From positions 831,078 through 895,077 of the forward strand of contig JBFLYH010000002.1 of the NCBI GenBank assembly GCA_040756875.1: 64,000 nt of DNA, read 5' to 3'. The stretch comes from a candidate division FCPU426 bacterium. GTDB taxonomy: Bacteria > Oederibacteriota > JAAXVQ01 > JAUVAV01. The notes under the pieces were generated by a model that saw only the letters and a program-made list of their open reading frames with translations, had not been told where the DNA came from and did no database searches. The translations under genes were made by a program, and so were the position numbers. The stretch's first letter is position 1; each line of letters opens with the position of its first letter. Of this stretch, positions 1 to 10,105 are shown piece after piece.

Positions 1-66
1 CACGAGCTGCAGCAGGCCTCCGAAAATGACAGGGAGGAGCAAGGGCAATCCGGGGCAAGGACGCAT
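1..66 (-). CDS. 5' end of a probable exported protein (partial, runs off the window)
   Basis: ATG at 66 preceded by GAGG; reads MRPCPGLPLLLPVIFGGLLQLV, signal-peptide-like; divergent from the 251 gene. Confidence 0.5.
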   Translation of the reverse strand, partial: MRPCPGLPLLLPVIFGGLLQLV

Positions 67-178
67 GAATTCCAGCCTCTTTCTGAGAATCAGGAAAACG
101 CTCGGGAAGTCTCCATTGTAGCCGAAAAGTCCACTGATACAACAGTCAAAACCGCATGCGGTTCAAACGACTCGGGCA

Positions 179-207
179 TTGACGGTGTTCTGCGCCAATG
201 GTAAACT
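179..207 (+). promoter_or_regulatory. sigma70-type promoter for the 251-11878 gene run
   Basis: TTGACG-17 bp-TAAACT with TG extended -10. Confidence 0.6.
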
Positions 208-250
208 CGTGGGAAACCCATGCCATGTCTGAAAAAACAGGGGAGTCCGT

Positions 251-1471
251 ATGACCGGACGCGTCCTATTCAGAACGCTGATCTGCTCGGTCGGGGTCGT
301 ACTCGCATATACTTTTACTGCCCTCTCCGTTCACGCCGAAGATCCTTCGGAAAACACTCTCGCCGAACAGGCCGATTTCGTATCGCCAGAAGACCAAGCG
401 CTAGCCCTCAAATACCTGGAAATGGGGAAAGAACACCACCTGGCGCAAAGATATCGGGAAGCCATCAACCAATATGAAAAAGCGCTGGCACTGTATCCGG
501 GATGGCAAAAGGCCCAACAAGCGTTAGCGTGGGCCAAGCGCGACCAACGGCGCCACCAGTCGGAAGAAAACCCTCAGGAGTATACGCTGGAAAACCTGGT
601 TAGCGAGGCACAGGACCATTATCAACGGGGGCGCAGTCTGGAGCGCGAGAACAAGGTGATCGAGGCGGCGGCCGCGTACAAGGACGCACTGCGGCTGATC
701 CCGGGTTATCCCGAAGCCAAGGAGGCTTTAAAACGCGTCCAGGCCAAGGGCCAGAAAACCTTAGCACCACTGCCCGCCTCTGCAGCCGCGGTAAGCAGCC
801 AAGCGCCGCGTCCGTATCAACAGCCGGAGTTCAAATCACTGGGAGTGGATTACCGTTCGGCAGCGCGCATCGAAGCTCCAGAGGCGCTGGCCGAAGCCTC
901 GGCGTCCAAAGCATCGCGGCTGCCCGACGGTTTGCCCCAGACGCGTAAAGCTGCTTTGCAAGCCCAACCACCTGCCGATAATTCCAAACAACTCATCCGC
1001 ACCGCCATCCAAAACCATTACTTGGCGGGCAACCAGGCCATGGACCGCGGCGATTATGAAATCGCTATAAAGGAATTTGAATTGGTTCTGGAATTTATGC
1101 CTGACCACCGTGAGGCCCAATACAAAATCAACGTAGCCAAGAAAAAGCAGGCTTTGGCGATTAAAACCGCCAAACGCCAAGTGGAACTGGCCCAGAACAA
1201 GGGCGACATGGTTGAAATTTTAGGCGCCTTGCGCAATGTATTGAACATCGACCCCAAAGACGAAGAGGCGTTGTCGGCGTGGGAGCGTACCAAGCGGGAA
1301 AATCCGGGATTGGTTGAAGAGCTTTACCGCAAGGGCGTAAATGCCTATGCCAAAGGTGATTACCAGATGGCTCAGCAGGCCTGGGAACTGGTTTTGGATA
1401 TTGATCCCAAGCACGAAAAGGCCAAGGAATCTCTGGAGAAAGTGCGTGAAAAACTCGAGTTGATTAGATGA
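251..1471 (+). CDS. Exported tetratricopeptide-repeat protein
   Basis: Signal peptide (…ALSVHA); several TPR-pattern helix pairs (YEKALALYPG, YKDALRLIPG, FELVLEFMPD, WELVLDIDPK); low-complexity linker. Confidence 0.85.
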   Translation: MTGRVLFRTLICSVGVVLAYTFTALSVHAEDPSENTLAEQADFVSPEDQALALKYLEMGKEHHLAQRYREAINQYEKALALYPGWQKAQQALAWAKRDQRRHQSEENPQEYTLENLVSEAQDHYQRGRSLERENKVIEAAAAYKDALRLIPGYPEAKEALKRVQAKGQKTLAPLPASAAAVSSQAPRPYQQPEFKSLGVDYRSAARIEAPEALAEASASKASRLPDGLPQTRKAALQAQPPADNSKQLIRTAIQNHYLAGNQAMDRGDYEIAIKEFELVLEFMPDHREAQYKINVAKKKQALAIKTAKRQVELAQNKGDMVEILGALRNVLNIDPKDEEALSAWERTKRENPGLVEELYRKGVNAYAKGDYQMAQQAWELVLDIDPKHEKAKESLEKVREKLELIR

Positions 1472-1539
1472 TAAAGGATGGTATCGAATAGCATCCGGCG
1501 GCCAGAGTGGTTAATCGGGCGGTCGGCGCTGGAGGGGAA

Positions 1540-2991
1540 ATGCACATGCAAGCAAAAATCAGCACGTGGTTCATTGCCGGATTGTGGGTGCTCTATGCCT
1601 GCGGCGCAGCCGACGGCGCCTGGACCCAATTGGGATCAAGCCTGAATATCAATTCGAACCAGAGCGGACTGCGTCCCAGAATCGCCATTTACAACAACCA
1701 GCCGTATGTGACTTGGCACGAGAACAATCCCTCCTATCCGGCAACGCATATCTATGTCAAGCAATGGAACGGCAGCAATTGGGTGCAAGTGGGCGGCGCC
1801 TTAAACTTCAATGTAGCTACGAACGCCAGTTATCCCAGTATCGCTTGTTCCGGCAGCCATCAGTATGTTGCTTGGATCGAAGGCTCGCCCTCACAAACGT
1901 ATGTTTCCGGATGGAACGGCACCGGGTGGACCTCCGGCACCAACCTGAACGTCAACGGCGCCAACACCAGTTACACTCCGGAAATTGAAATGTTGGGAGA
2001 ATCGCCCTATGTGACCTGGCGGGAGAGCTCGGATGTTTATATGAAGTTTTATAACGGGACCGATTGGCAGCAACTGGGCTCGGGTGCCATTAACACTAAA
2101 ACGTCGGCGTTTTATCCTCGGGTTGCGTTTCGTGGCACCACACCACTGGATCTGTTCTATGAAGAATCATCGCTGACCGTGAAGCAGTATACCGGTGGGA
2201 ATTGGGACTTCGTGCATGGCGCGGTGAACAATTTTTCCACCGGATTGGGCATGGGAGGAATAGCCACCTCGAGCATCGGGACGTATGTGACCTGGTTCGA
2301 AGGGTCTCCCACGCAAATTCTCGTTAAAGTCGATTACGGCAGCGCGTGGGAAGCGGTGGGCGGCACCCTGAACGTTGACCCGCTCTATAACGCGTATAAT
2401 CCCAGAATCGCCCTGGTGAGCAACACGCCGTATGTGACCTGGTATGAATACTCCGCCATAGCGAACCAGGTTTATGTGAAATATTACAACGGCACCAGCG
2501 CCAGTTGGCAAAACTTGGGCGGCAGTTTGAATGGGAACACAAGCAATGCCGCCACCACTCCGGATATTGCCATTTCCAATTCCGGGGTCTATGTGGTTTG
2601 GTGCGAGAACGACGGCGTGGCCCAGCAAGTTTATGTCAAGTATTGGGATTTCCCGGCGCCGATCGCCACGCCCACCCCCACGTCCATACCCAGTCCGACG
2701 CCGACCCCGTGGGTCCATGGCGGGCTGAGTAAGAACTCCTCCCTGGCTTATCCCAATCCCGCGGCCAACCGCGTCACCGTTAGTTTCTGGGCGGACAGCG
2801 GCAGCGGCGAAGCGGTGGTGCGTTTTTACAATACCCACTATCGCTTGGTGGCCCAGGCCAGCGGCACGGCAACTGACGGTCAGGGTGAAATCAGCCTGGA
2901 TATTTCCGGTATGGCGCCAGGAGTGTATTTTTACCAAGTCATGACAGGCGGGACTAAATTGCCCATGGGCAGGGTCGTGGTGGCCCGATGA
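1540..2991 (+). CDS. Secreted ~7-bladed beta-propeller protein with PT linker and T9SS type-A-like C-terminal sorting domain
   Basis: GGAGG before ATG 1540/1546; signal peptide; seven ~50-aa repeats centred on PYVTWxE; TPTPT linker; YPNP…GVYFYQV…GRVVVAR tail. Confidence 0.8.
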   Translation: MHMQAKISTWFIAGLWVLYACGAADGAWTQLGSSLNINSNQSGLRPRIAIYNNQPYVTWHENNPSYPATHIYVKQWNGSNWVQVGGALNFNVATNASYPSIACSGSHQYVAWIEGSPSQTYVSGWNGTGWTSGTNLNVNGANTSYTPEIEMLGESPYVTWRESSDVYMKFYNGTDWQQLGSGAINTKTSAFYPRVAFRGTTPLDLFYEESSLTVKQYTGGNWDFVHGAVNNFSTGLGMGGIATSSIGTYVTWFEGSPTQILVKVDYGSAWEAVGGTLNVDPLYNAYNPRIALVSNTPYVTWYEYSAIANQVYVKYYNGTSASWQNLGGSLNGNTSNAATTPDIAISNSGVYVVWCENDGVAQQVYVKYWDFPAPIATPTPTSIPSPTPTPWVHGGLSKNSSLAYPNPAANRVTVSFWADSGSGEAVVRFYNTHYRLVAQASGTATDGQGEISLDISGMAPGVYFYQVMTGGTKLPMGRVVVAR

Positions 2992-4550
2992 ACCGGGCAG
3001 CAAGATGGATGACCGCCGGAGCATTGCTGCTGGCTGTTGCGGGACCGGCAAAGGCGGACTGGGTGTCATTGGACGGCAGCCTGGATGTCGTCGCCACCGA
3101 GGACGCCGCAAACCCGAAAATTGACGTCGCACGCCAATCAGCCGCGGAAGATGTGCCGTACGCGGTTTTTCAGGAGTTGAACACCTCCCCGGCTGTGTGG
3201 CGCGGTTATGCGCGAGTCTGGGATAATGGCGTTTGGCGAGATGTCACCTCCACCGCCGGCCCTTTTAACATGGATGCGGATATTAGCGCGGATGATCCGG
3301 ATTTGGCGGTTATGAATAACACCGGAACCCACTATGTGTTTGTAACCTGGTCGGAATACTCCGCCCTCTATTCCCGAATATTTGTGAAAATGTGGAAAAA
3401 CGGCGATGCGAGCTGGAGCCAGGTCCCGGATTTGCCCAATGTATGGCTGAACCGTTTCGACCGCGACGCCTACTACCCCACGATCGCCTTAATGGATTCG
3501 AATCCGCCGGTGCCGTTCGTGGCGTGGCAGGAAATCGCCGGAATGGGAACCAATATCTACGTGAAGACTTTTAACGGCACCAGTTGGACACCGCTTGCCG
3601 ATGCCGTGAACCGGACAGCCACCTCTACGGCCAAATGGCCCCGTATTGCCATCGGCACGGACGACCTCCCGGTGGTGACGTGGGAGGAGACACTGAACGG
3701 CAACTATGACATCTATGTGTCGCGCTGGAACGGCTCGGCTTGGGTACCCTTAGGGGCGGGATTGAAGGACCAGGGTCCGACCATTAAAGCCAATGAACCC
3801 GCACTGGCCATAGACGCCGCCAACCGGCCCTGGGTGGTTTTTTTAGAAGGGTCATCAACAGCTATGGAAGTGAAAGTCAAGCGGTTCGACGGCGTGAATT
3901 GGGGGCTGGCCGGCTCGGCGGTCACGACCGGACTCGAAGCCGAATGGCCCCGCTTGGAACTCGCCCAGGGCGGAGAAGCTTTTGTCAGTCTGGTGGATCT
4001 ATCCACTGCTCCCAGCCAGCAAGTCCGGGTTTACCAACTGGTCGACCAAACCTGGACGCGGCTGGGCGTTAGCACGAACGTGAATCCGGCGGACAACGGG
4101 GATCGGCCCGATGTGGTGGTCAAGAACGGGCAACCGGTCTGCGTTTGGAGCGAGCAGGCCGGCAACCGGAACGTTTACGTCAAGCAATGGGTGCCGCCCA
4201 CGCCGCTGCCCACCTCCACACCCACTACGACCCCCACGCCAGGACCTGTCCCAACCTCCACGCCCCCGGCCGTGGCCAGCGCGCTGAGTCCCAATACGGC
4301 GAAAGCCTATCCCATACCAGCGTCCAGCCACGTTACTTTCGCGTTCCGGGCGGACGGCAGCAGCGGCGAAGCAGTGGTGCGGTTGTACAACACCCATTAT
4401 CGTTTGATTACCCAGGTCCAGGGCGCGGCGGTTGGCGGCCTGGGAGAAATCAGCCTTGAAGTTTCGGATATCGCACCCGGAATCTATTTCTATCAAGTCG
4501 TGGTGGGCGATAAAAAATTGCCGATGGGCAAATTGGTGGTGGCGAGATGA
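2988..4550 (+). CDS. Paralogous secreted beta-propeller protein with PT linker and T9SS type-A-like CTD
   Basis: Signal peptide (…GPAKA); seven PxVxWxE-type repeats; PT linker; YPIP…GIYFYQV…GKLVVAR; ATGA overlap with the upstream gene. Confidence 0.8.
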   Translation: MNRAARWMTAGALLLAVAGPAKADWVSLDGSLDVVATEDAANPKIDVARQSAAEDVPYAVFQELNTSPAVWRGYARVWDNGVWRDVTSTAGPFNMDADISADDPDLAVMNNTGTHYVFVTWSEYSALYSRIFVKMWKNGDASWSQVPDLPNVWLNRFDRDAYYPTIALMDSNPPVPFVAWQEIAGMGTNIYVKTFNGTSWTPLADAVNRTATSTAKWPRIAIGTDDLPVVTWEETLNGNYDIYVSRWNGSAWVPLGAGLKDQGPTIKANEPALAIDAANRPWVVFLEGSSTAMEVKVKRFDGVNWGLAGSAVTTGLEAEWPRLELAQGGEAFVSLVDLSTAPSQQVRVYQLVDQTWTRLGVSTNVNPADNGDRPDVVVKNGQPVCVWSEQAGNRNVYVKQWVPPTPLPTSTPTTTPTPGPVPTSTPPAVASALSPNTAKAYPIPASSHVTFAFRADGSSGEAVVRLYNTHYRLITQVQGAAVGGLGEISLEVSDIAPGIYFYQVVVGDKKLPMGKLVVAR

Positions 4551-6235
4551 AACGATTGGCGAGCAGTCTGCTGATACTGTGGGGAATGCTTGGCTGTCCG
4601 CCGGGCGTGTGGGCGGACAACAACGTGGTGGCTCCGTTTCTGCAGGAGGGCCTCGGAGGACGGGGCGTAGGCATGGGCGAAAATTTCGCGGCCGTGGCCG
4701 AAGGACCGTTTGGCTGGCATTACAATCCCGCAGGTTTGGCCATGGCCCGCAATGCGGCCGTGGGGTATCAGCACGAAGCTCTTTCAGACTTGGTGCAGCA
4801 CAATGTTTTCGCCGGGTCCCTGCCCCTGGGCTCGGGCAGCCTGGCGGCGCTGATTAATTTCTTCAATTATGGTTCGATCGACGAGGTGGACACCAGCGGA
4901 CAGCGCACAGGCAGCGTACTGACACCGCAGGACGGCTCCTTTTTTCTGGGCTACGGAATGGCGGTGAGCGATGCCTGGGGCATCGGAGCGAACGTCGGTT
5001 ATTTCAACGAGGCCCTGGGGCCCAGCAGCGTATCCGGATTGACCGTGGATTTGGGCGGGAAGTGGGATCTGGCGCCGGATTGGTCCTTAGCCGGCGTGAT
5101 TAAAAACCTGGGCGGAAAACCGCAGGGCTATTCCTTGCCCGGCACCATGCTGTTGGCTGGAAGTTACCGGCCATTTCCCGACTGGCTGCTGCTGGATATG
5201 GAACTGGCTCTGCCCATGTACAGCGGCTTTACGGATCTGGGACTGGGTGCGGAGTTCAAGCCCTGGCAATGGCTGGACCTGCGTCTGGGCTTTAAAGTGC
5301 CCTTGCGCAGCCTGGAGGGGGCGGCTATGAATGGGTTGGTATTTGGCGCCGGCTTCTGGATGGGCGGGTTCTGCCTGGATCTGGCGCTGGCGAGCAAAGG
5401 GGACATGGGCTCCAAATTGTCTCTGGCCCTGGGATACACCTTTGGCCGTTCCACCCAGCCCGCGACTGCCGCGGCGCAACCCCCCCAGAAGGCCGTGCCC
5501 GCCGAAAGCACCGGGCATATTCCCGTGACCACGGGAACGGATCAAGCGGCATTTCACTTTAAGGCCGGCCAGGAATACGAGCGGTATGATCAATTGATTG
5601 ACGCCATTGTGGAATATAAAGCGGCTTTGCAGCTTCGGCCCAACTATCCCGAAGCGCTAAAAGCCCTGGCTGCAGTCAAAAACAAAGCCAAAAACCAGGC
5701 CGAAGCGGATCAAGCCGAATCCCAGGCTGCCAAAGCCACCGGCCAACCCGAGTCCCTGCAAAAACTCATCCGCAAGTACTACCACGAAGGCGAGATCGCG
5801 TATCAGCAAAAGGACTACACCACGGCCGTGCAGAAGCTGCAGCTGGTGATGGAAATGACCACTCAACACCGCCAGGCTACGGAGCTGCTGGAAAAAGCCC
5901 GCGCCGCGCTCAACAGCGAAATGGCATCGCTGCGGCGGCAGGCCGCCCAGGCCGAGGAGAACGGGGATCTGGCGGGCCAGGTCGAGGCGCATGAAAAAAT
6001 GCTCGATCTGCGCCCCGAGGACAAGCAAATCAAGGCCAAGCTGGAGGCGCTCAAGGTCCGCATCCCCCAGGAGGCGGAACGCCTGTATAAAACCGGCGTG
6101 GAGTATTACGCCCGGAGGGAATACCGCAAAGCGCTTAGCGTGTTCGAAAAACTGCTTACACTGCAGCCGGACCACGTGAAGGCCCGCGATGCGTTGAACA
6201 ACACCAAGGAGAAACTGATCCAGACCGGCCAGTAA
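4547..6235 (+). CDS. PorV/UPF0164-family outer-membrane barrel fused to C-terminal TPR region
   Basis: Signal peptide; FLxxGLGGRGVGMGENF…YNPAGLA N-terminal motif; amphipathic strands ending LALGYTF; then TPR repeats. Confidence 0.8.
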   Translation: MKRLASSLLILWGMLGCPPGVWADNNVVAPFLQEGLGGRGVGMGENFAAVAEGPFGWHYNPAGLAMARNAAVGYQHEALSDLVQHNVFAGSLPLGSGSLAALINFFNYGSIDEVDTSGQRTGSVLTPQDGSFFLGYGMAVSDAWGIGANVGYFNEALGPSSVSGLTVDLGGKWDLAPDWSLAGVIKNLGGKPQGYSLPGTMLLAGSYRPFPDWLLLDMELALPMYSGFTDLGLGAEFKPWQWLDLRLGFKVPLRSLEGAAMNGLVFGAGFWMGGFCLDLALASKGDMGSKLSLALGYTFGRSTQPATAAAQPPQKAVPAESTGHIPVTTGTDQAAFHFKAGQEYERYDQLIDAIVEYKAALQLRPNYPEALKALAAVKNKAKNQAEADQAESQAAKATGQPESLQKLIRKYYHEGEIAYQQKDYTTAVQKLQLVMEMTTQHRQATELLEKARAALNSEMASLRRQAAQAEENGDLAGQVEAHEKMLDLRPEDKQIKAKLEALKVRIPQEAERLYKTGVEYYARREYRKALSVFEKLLTLQPDHVKARDALNNTKEKLIQTGQ

Positions 6236-6257
6236 CCGGCGGCGGGAACCCCAAAGC

Positions 6258-7247
6258 ATGAACAAGAACCTGCAGGAGATCAACGATCTCATCAAGTACG
6301 AAAGTGCCTTTGTAGAGGATATTCTGGCCGAGATGGACAAGGTCATCGTCGGCCAGCTACCCATGGTGGAGCGGCTGTTGATCGGGCTGCTGGCCAATGG
6401 CCACATCCTGATCGAAGGCGTGCCCGGCTTGGCCAAGACTCTGGCCGTGAAAACCCTAGCCGCGACCATTGACACCAAGTTCCAGCGCATCCAGTTTACG
6501 CCGGACCTGCTGCCCGCCGATATTTTAGGGACGTTGATTTTCGACCAGAAGCAGCAGGAATTCATTCCCAAGCAGGGCCCGGTGTTCGCCAACCTGATCC
6601 TGGCCGACGAAATCAACCGCGCACCGGCCAAGGTGCAGAGCGCGCTGCTGGAGGCCATGCAGGAGCGGCAGGTAACCATCGGCGACAAGACCTATCCGTT
6701 GCCCGAACCCTTTCTGGTGCTGGCCACGCAGAACCCCATCGAACAAGAAGGCACCTATCCGCTGCCGGAAGCCCAAATTGACCGGTTCATGCTCAAGATC
6801 AAGGTGACCTATCCGGCCATGGCCGAGGAACTGGACATCATCCGCCGTCACGCCCGCGGCAAGACGTATAAAGTCTCGAACCGGACCGAACCCGAACAGA
6901 TCATGAAAGCGCGCCAGACCCTGTTCAAGATCTACATGGATGAAAAAATCGAGCAGTACATCGTCAGTTTAGTAATGGCCACACGGCAGCCCGCGGATTT
7001 CGGCCTGCCCGAGCTGGCGCCCCACGTTCAGTACGGCGCCTCGCCGCGCGCCTCCCTGTACCTCTCCCAGGCCAGCCGCGCCCACGCCTTTTTGCGGCGG
7101 CGGGGCTACGTGGCGCCGGAGGACGTGCAGGCCGTGGCTCTGGACGTGCTGCGGCACCGGCTGATCCTGACCTACGAAGCCGAAGCCGAAGAAGTGACTC
7201 CGGACGAAATCGTGCAGAAGATTCTGGAGAAGGTGGAAATCCCCTAA
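6258..7247 (+). CDS. moxR: MoxR-family AAA+ ATPase
   Basis: EGVPGLAKT Walker A; RIQFTPDLLPAD; LADEINRAPAKVQSALLEAMQE; ATQNPIEQEGTYPLPEAQIDRF. Confidence 0.95.
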   Translation: MNKNLQEINDLIKYESAFVEDILAEMDKVIVGQLPMVERLLIGLLANGHILIEGVPGLAKTLAVKTLAATIDTKFQRIQFTPDLLPADILGTLIFDQKQQEFIPKQGPVFANLILADEINRAPAKVQSALLEAMQERQVTIGDKTYPLPEPFLVLATQNPIEQEGTYPLPEAQIDRFMLKIKVTYPAMAEELDIIRRHARGKTYKVSNRTEPEQIMKARQTLFKIYMDEKIEQYIVSLVMATRQPADFGLPELAPHVQYGASPRASLYLSQASRAHAFLRRRGYVAPEDVQAVALDVLRHRLILTYEAEAEEVTPDEIVQKILEKVEIP

Positions 7248-7250
7248 GCG

Positions 7251-8156
7251 ATGGCCGTGGCCGAAGGTCCCGCGACCTCCCCTCAGGAACTGCTCCGGCG
7301 CGTGCGGCGGATCGAATTGGCGACGCGCGCCGTGGTGAACCAGATATTTTCCGGCGCCTACCACAGCATCTTCAAAGGCCAGGGCGTGGAATTCCACGAA
7401 GTGCGCCCCTACCAGCGCGGCGACGATGTCCGCACCATCGACTGGAATGTCACGGCCCGCACGGGCAACCTGCACGTCAAGCGCTTCAGCGAGGAACGGG
7501 AGCTGACCATGGTTCTGGCCGTGGACGTTTCCGCCTCCTCGGCCTTCGGCTCGGGCCAGCTGAACAAGGCCGAGCTGGCGGCCGAGATCTCCGCCGTGCT
7601 GGCCTTCTCGGCGATCAAGAACAACGACCGCGTGGGACTGCTCCTGTTTTCGGACCGGCGGGAAAAGTTCGTTCCGCCCCGCAAAGGCCGGCGCCATGTC
7701 ATGCGCATCATCACCGAAGTGCTGGCGGCCAAACCCACGGCGCGTCGCACAGACCTGAACTGCGCCCTGGAGTTTCTCGCCCGCGGCCTCAAGCGCCGCA
7801 GCATCGTGTTTCTGCTCTCGGATTTTTTCTCTCCGGCCTTCACCTCCAGCCTGCGCGTAGCCACGCGCAAGCACGACTGCGTGGCCATGGTGCTGAACGA
7901 TCCGCGCGAGTACGAGCTGCCCCCCCTGGGCTGGGTCAGCCTGGTGGACCCCGAAAGCGGGGAGGCGGCGGAAGTGAACAGCAGCGACGACCACTCGCGG
8001 CAGGAATACCAGCGCTTCGCCAGGGCGAGGGCGCGAGCCCGGCTCTCTTATTTCGCGCAGCATCGCGTGGACGCCGTGGACCTGTTTACGCACACTTCGT
8101 ATCTCGCGCCAATGATAGCTTTTTTCCGCGCCCGGCGCCGGAAACTGGCGGGATGA
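7251..8156 (+). CDS. DUF58 domain (VWA-like) protein
   Basis: GQGVEFHEVRPYQRGDDVRTIDWNVTAR; EERELT; DVSAS; follows moxR. Confidence 0.93.
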   Translation: MAVAEGPATSPQELLRRVRRIELATRAVVNQIFSGAYHSIFKGQGVEFHEVRPYQRGDDVRTIDWNVTARTGNLHVKRFSEERELTMVLAVDVSASSAFGSGQLNKAELAAEISAVLAFSAIKNNDRVGLLLFSDRREKFVPPRKGRRHVMRIITEVLAAKPTARRTDLNCALEFLARGLKRRSIVFLLSDFFSPAFTSSLRVATRKHDCVAMVLNDPREYELPPLGWVSLVDPESGEAAEVNSSDDHSRQEYQRFARARARARLSYFAQHRVDAVDLFTHTSYLAPMIAFFRARRRKLAG

Positions 8157-9082
8157 GCATGCGGCCCGGAGTGGGATGCCTGCTGGCCGCAGCAAGCCTG
8201 GCCGTTGGCCTGGTTGCGCAGCCGTCCCCGGCGTGCGCCGAAGAGGCGCTGTGGGTGGAGGCGGCCGTCAACACCCGCCTGGTCAAGTGCGGTGAACCCT
8301 TCAAGCTGGTGCTGACCGCCGGTGCCCGCAACGGTGTGGTGAAGCTTCCGGGAAAAACCGCGGTCATCCCCAGCGCACAGATCCTGGCGTACGACGAACG
8401 CGACGTCAGCGCGCGCCACGAGGGCTATGTGGCGCGCCAGGGCGTCTACCGGCTGGCGTTTTTCACCACCGAGGACATCGTTGTGCCGCCGCTGCCGGTC
8501 TGGGTGCAGTGGGCCGACGGCAGCACGGCCACCGCCTTTTCCTGGCCGGAGCGCCTGGGCCTGCTCAGCCTCAGACCCGAAGCCGGCCTCTCCCTGATCG
8601 ATCCCCGTCCGCCCCGCCGCTCCCTCAATGTGATCGGCACCGTGGCCTTGGCCGTGGTGCTGCTGGCCGCGGGTATGCGCCTGCTGATGGCGGGCCGCCG
8701 CCGGCCCAAGCGCAAGGCCGTGCAACCGCCCGCCCACCTGGAAGCCGTCAAACAGCTGGAAGCGCTGGGCGCTTCGCCGGTCGTGGCTTCGGCCGAATTG
8801 AGCCGCGAGTACTTTACGGCCCTGTCGCGCATTGTGCGGCGCTATCTGGCGCAGCGCTACCGGTTTCCGGCCCTGGAACTCGCGCGCACTACGATCCTGG
8901 CGCGGTTGGAATCCGCAGGCGTGGAGGCCAAGCGGCGGGAGCTCATCGACCAGCTGCTGTCCGAGACGGATCTGGTGAAATATGCGCAGGAACCCGCGGA
9001 CAACAAGCGCGTGGCCGCGGCCCACGGACTGGCCAAAGAAATCATCCGGCTCACGCGGGAATCGCAGGAGGCCAACGCATGA
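8153..9082 (+). CDS. Bat-operon-associated membrane protein (Ig-like N-terminus, TM helix, helical C-terminus)
   Basis: Signal peptide, TM helix, YFTALSRIVRRYL…ETDLVKYA typical of the gene between DUF58 and batA. Confidence 0.75.
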   Translation: MSMRPGVGCLLAAASLAVGLVAQPSPACAEEALWVEAAVNTRLVKCGEPFKLVLTAGARNGVVKLPGKTAVIPSAQILAYDERDVSARHEGYVARQGVYRLAFFTTEDIVVPPLPVWVQWADGSTATAFSWPERLGLLSLRPEAGLSLIDPRPPRRSLNVIGTVALAVVLLAAGMRLLMAGRRRPKRKAVQPPAHLEAVKQLEALGASPVVASAELSREYFTALSRIVRRYLAQRYRFPALELARTTILARLESAGVEAKRRELIDQLLSETDLVKYAQEPADNKRVAAAHGLAKEIIRLTRESQEANA

Positions 9083-10083
9083 CTTTCGGCCAGCCCTGGC
9101 TCCTGCTCGCGCTGCTGCTCCTGCCCGCGGCCTGGTGGCTGCGCCGCCAGGGCTGGGGCGAGCCGGCGGCTGTCGATTATCCGGAAGCCGCTTCGGTGCG
9201 CGGTGCCTTCCGGGGCGGCCGTCGTCCGGGCAGCGGCTGGGCTGAAACCCTGCGCGTGGCCGGCCTGATCCTGATCCTGCTGGCCGTGGCCCAGCCCCAA
9301 TGGCTGCACAGCACGCAGCAGCAGCAAGCCATAGGCCTGGATTTGCTGCTGGCCTTGGATCTGTCGGGGAGCATGTCCGCGCGGGATTTCGAGCCCCAAA
9401 ACCGGCTGCAGGCCGCCAAGGACGAAGCCCGGGCGTTCATCGCCAGGCAGCGGAACAACCGCCTCGGCCTGGTGGCGTTTGCGGCTCATGCGTTTACGGT
9501 TTGTCCGCTGACCCTGGATTACGGCGCCTTGCTGACGCTCATGGAGCACCTGAGCATCGGCATGACCACGGATGGCACGGCGCTCGGCATGGCCATCGCG
9601 ACCTGCGTGAACCGTCTGAAAGACTCTGAAGCGCCGTCCAAGGTGGTGGTCCTGCTCACCGATGGACGCAACAACGCCGGCCGCATCGATCCCCTGACCG
9701 CTGCCGAATTGGCCGCGGCCCTGAAGATCCGCATCTACACCATTGGCATGGGACAGCCGGAAGGCGGGCCGATTCTGCTGAAAAACGCGGCCGGTGAGGA
9801 AACCGCCATGCTGAATCCCGACGGCAGCGTGCATTTGGAAGCCATGGACGAGCCGACCCTGCAGCGCATCGCCCGGCTCACAGGCGGAAAATATTTTCGC
9901 GCCACGGACCGCAACAAACTGCGCGACATATACGCGGAGATCCAGGCCTTGGAAAAGTCCCGGCTGCTGTCCAAACGCTACACGGCCCGGGAGGATTTGG
10001 GCGGCTGGCTGCTGCTGGTTGCCATGTTGATCCTGTTGACGGAGACCGCGGTTTCGCAATGGTGGCAGCCGCGCGTGCCGTAA
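9079..10083 (+). CDS. batA: BatA VWA-domain protein
   Basis: ATG 9079 after GGAGG; MTFGQPWLL BatA N-terminus; MIDAS DLSGSM, GTALG, LLTDGRNNAG. Confidence 0.9.
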   Translation: MTFGQPWLLLALLLLPAAWWLRRQGWGEPAAVDYPEAASVRGAFRGGRRPGSGWAETLRVAGLILILLAVAQPQWLHSTQQQQAIGLDLLLALDLSGSMSARDFEPQNRLQAAKDEARAFIARQRNNRLGLVAFAAHAFTVCPLTLDYGALLTLMEHLSIGMTTDGTALGMAIATCVNRLKDSEAPSKVVVLLTDGRNNAGRIDPLTAAELAAALKIRIYTIGMGQPEGGPILLKNAAGEETAMLNPDGSVHLEAMDEPTLQRIARLTGGKYFRATDRNKLRDIYAEIQALEKSRLLSKRYTAREDLGGWLLLVAMLILLTETAVSQWWQPRVP

Positions 10084-10105
10084 ATTCAAAAACGGAGGAC
10101 AAAGG

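Noticed and set aside
8509-9078. N-terminal extension of the 524-aa ORF containing batA
   Set aside because: Overlaps the upstream gene out of frame; the real start is ATG 9079 with an RBS
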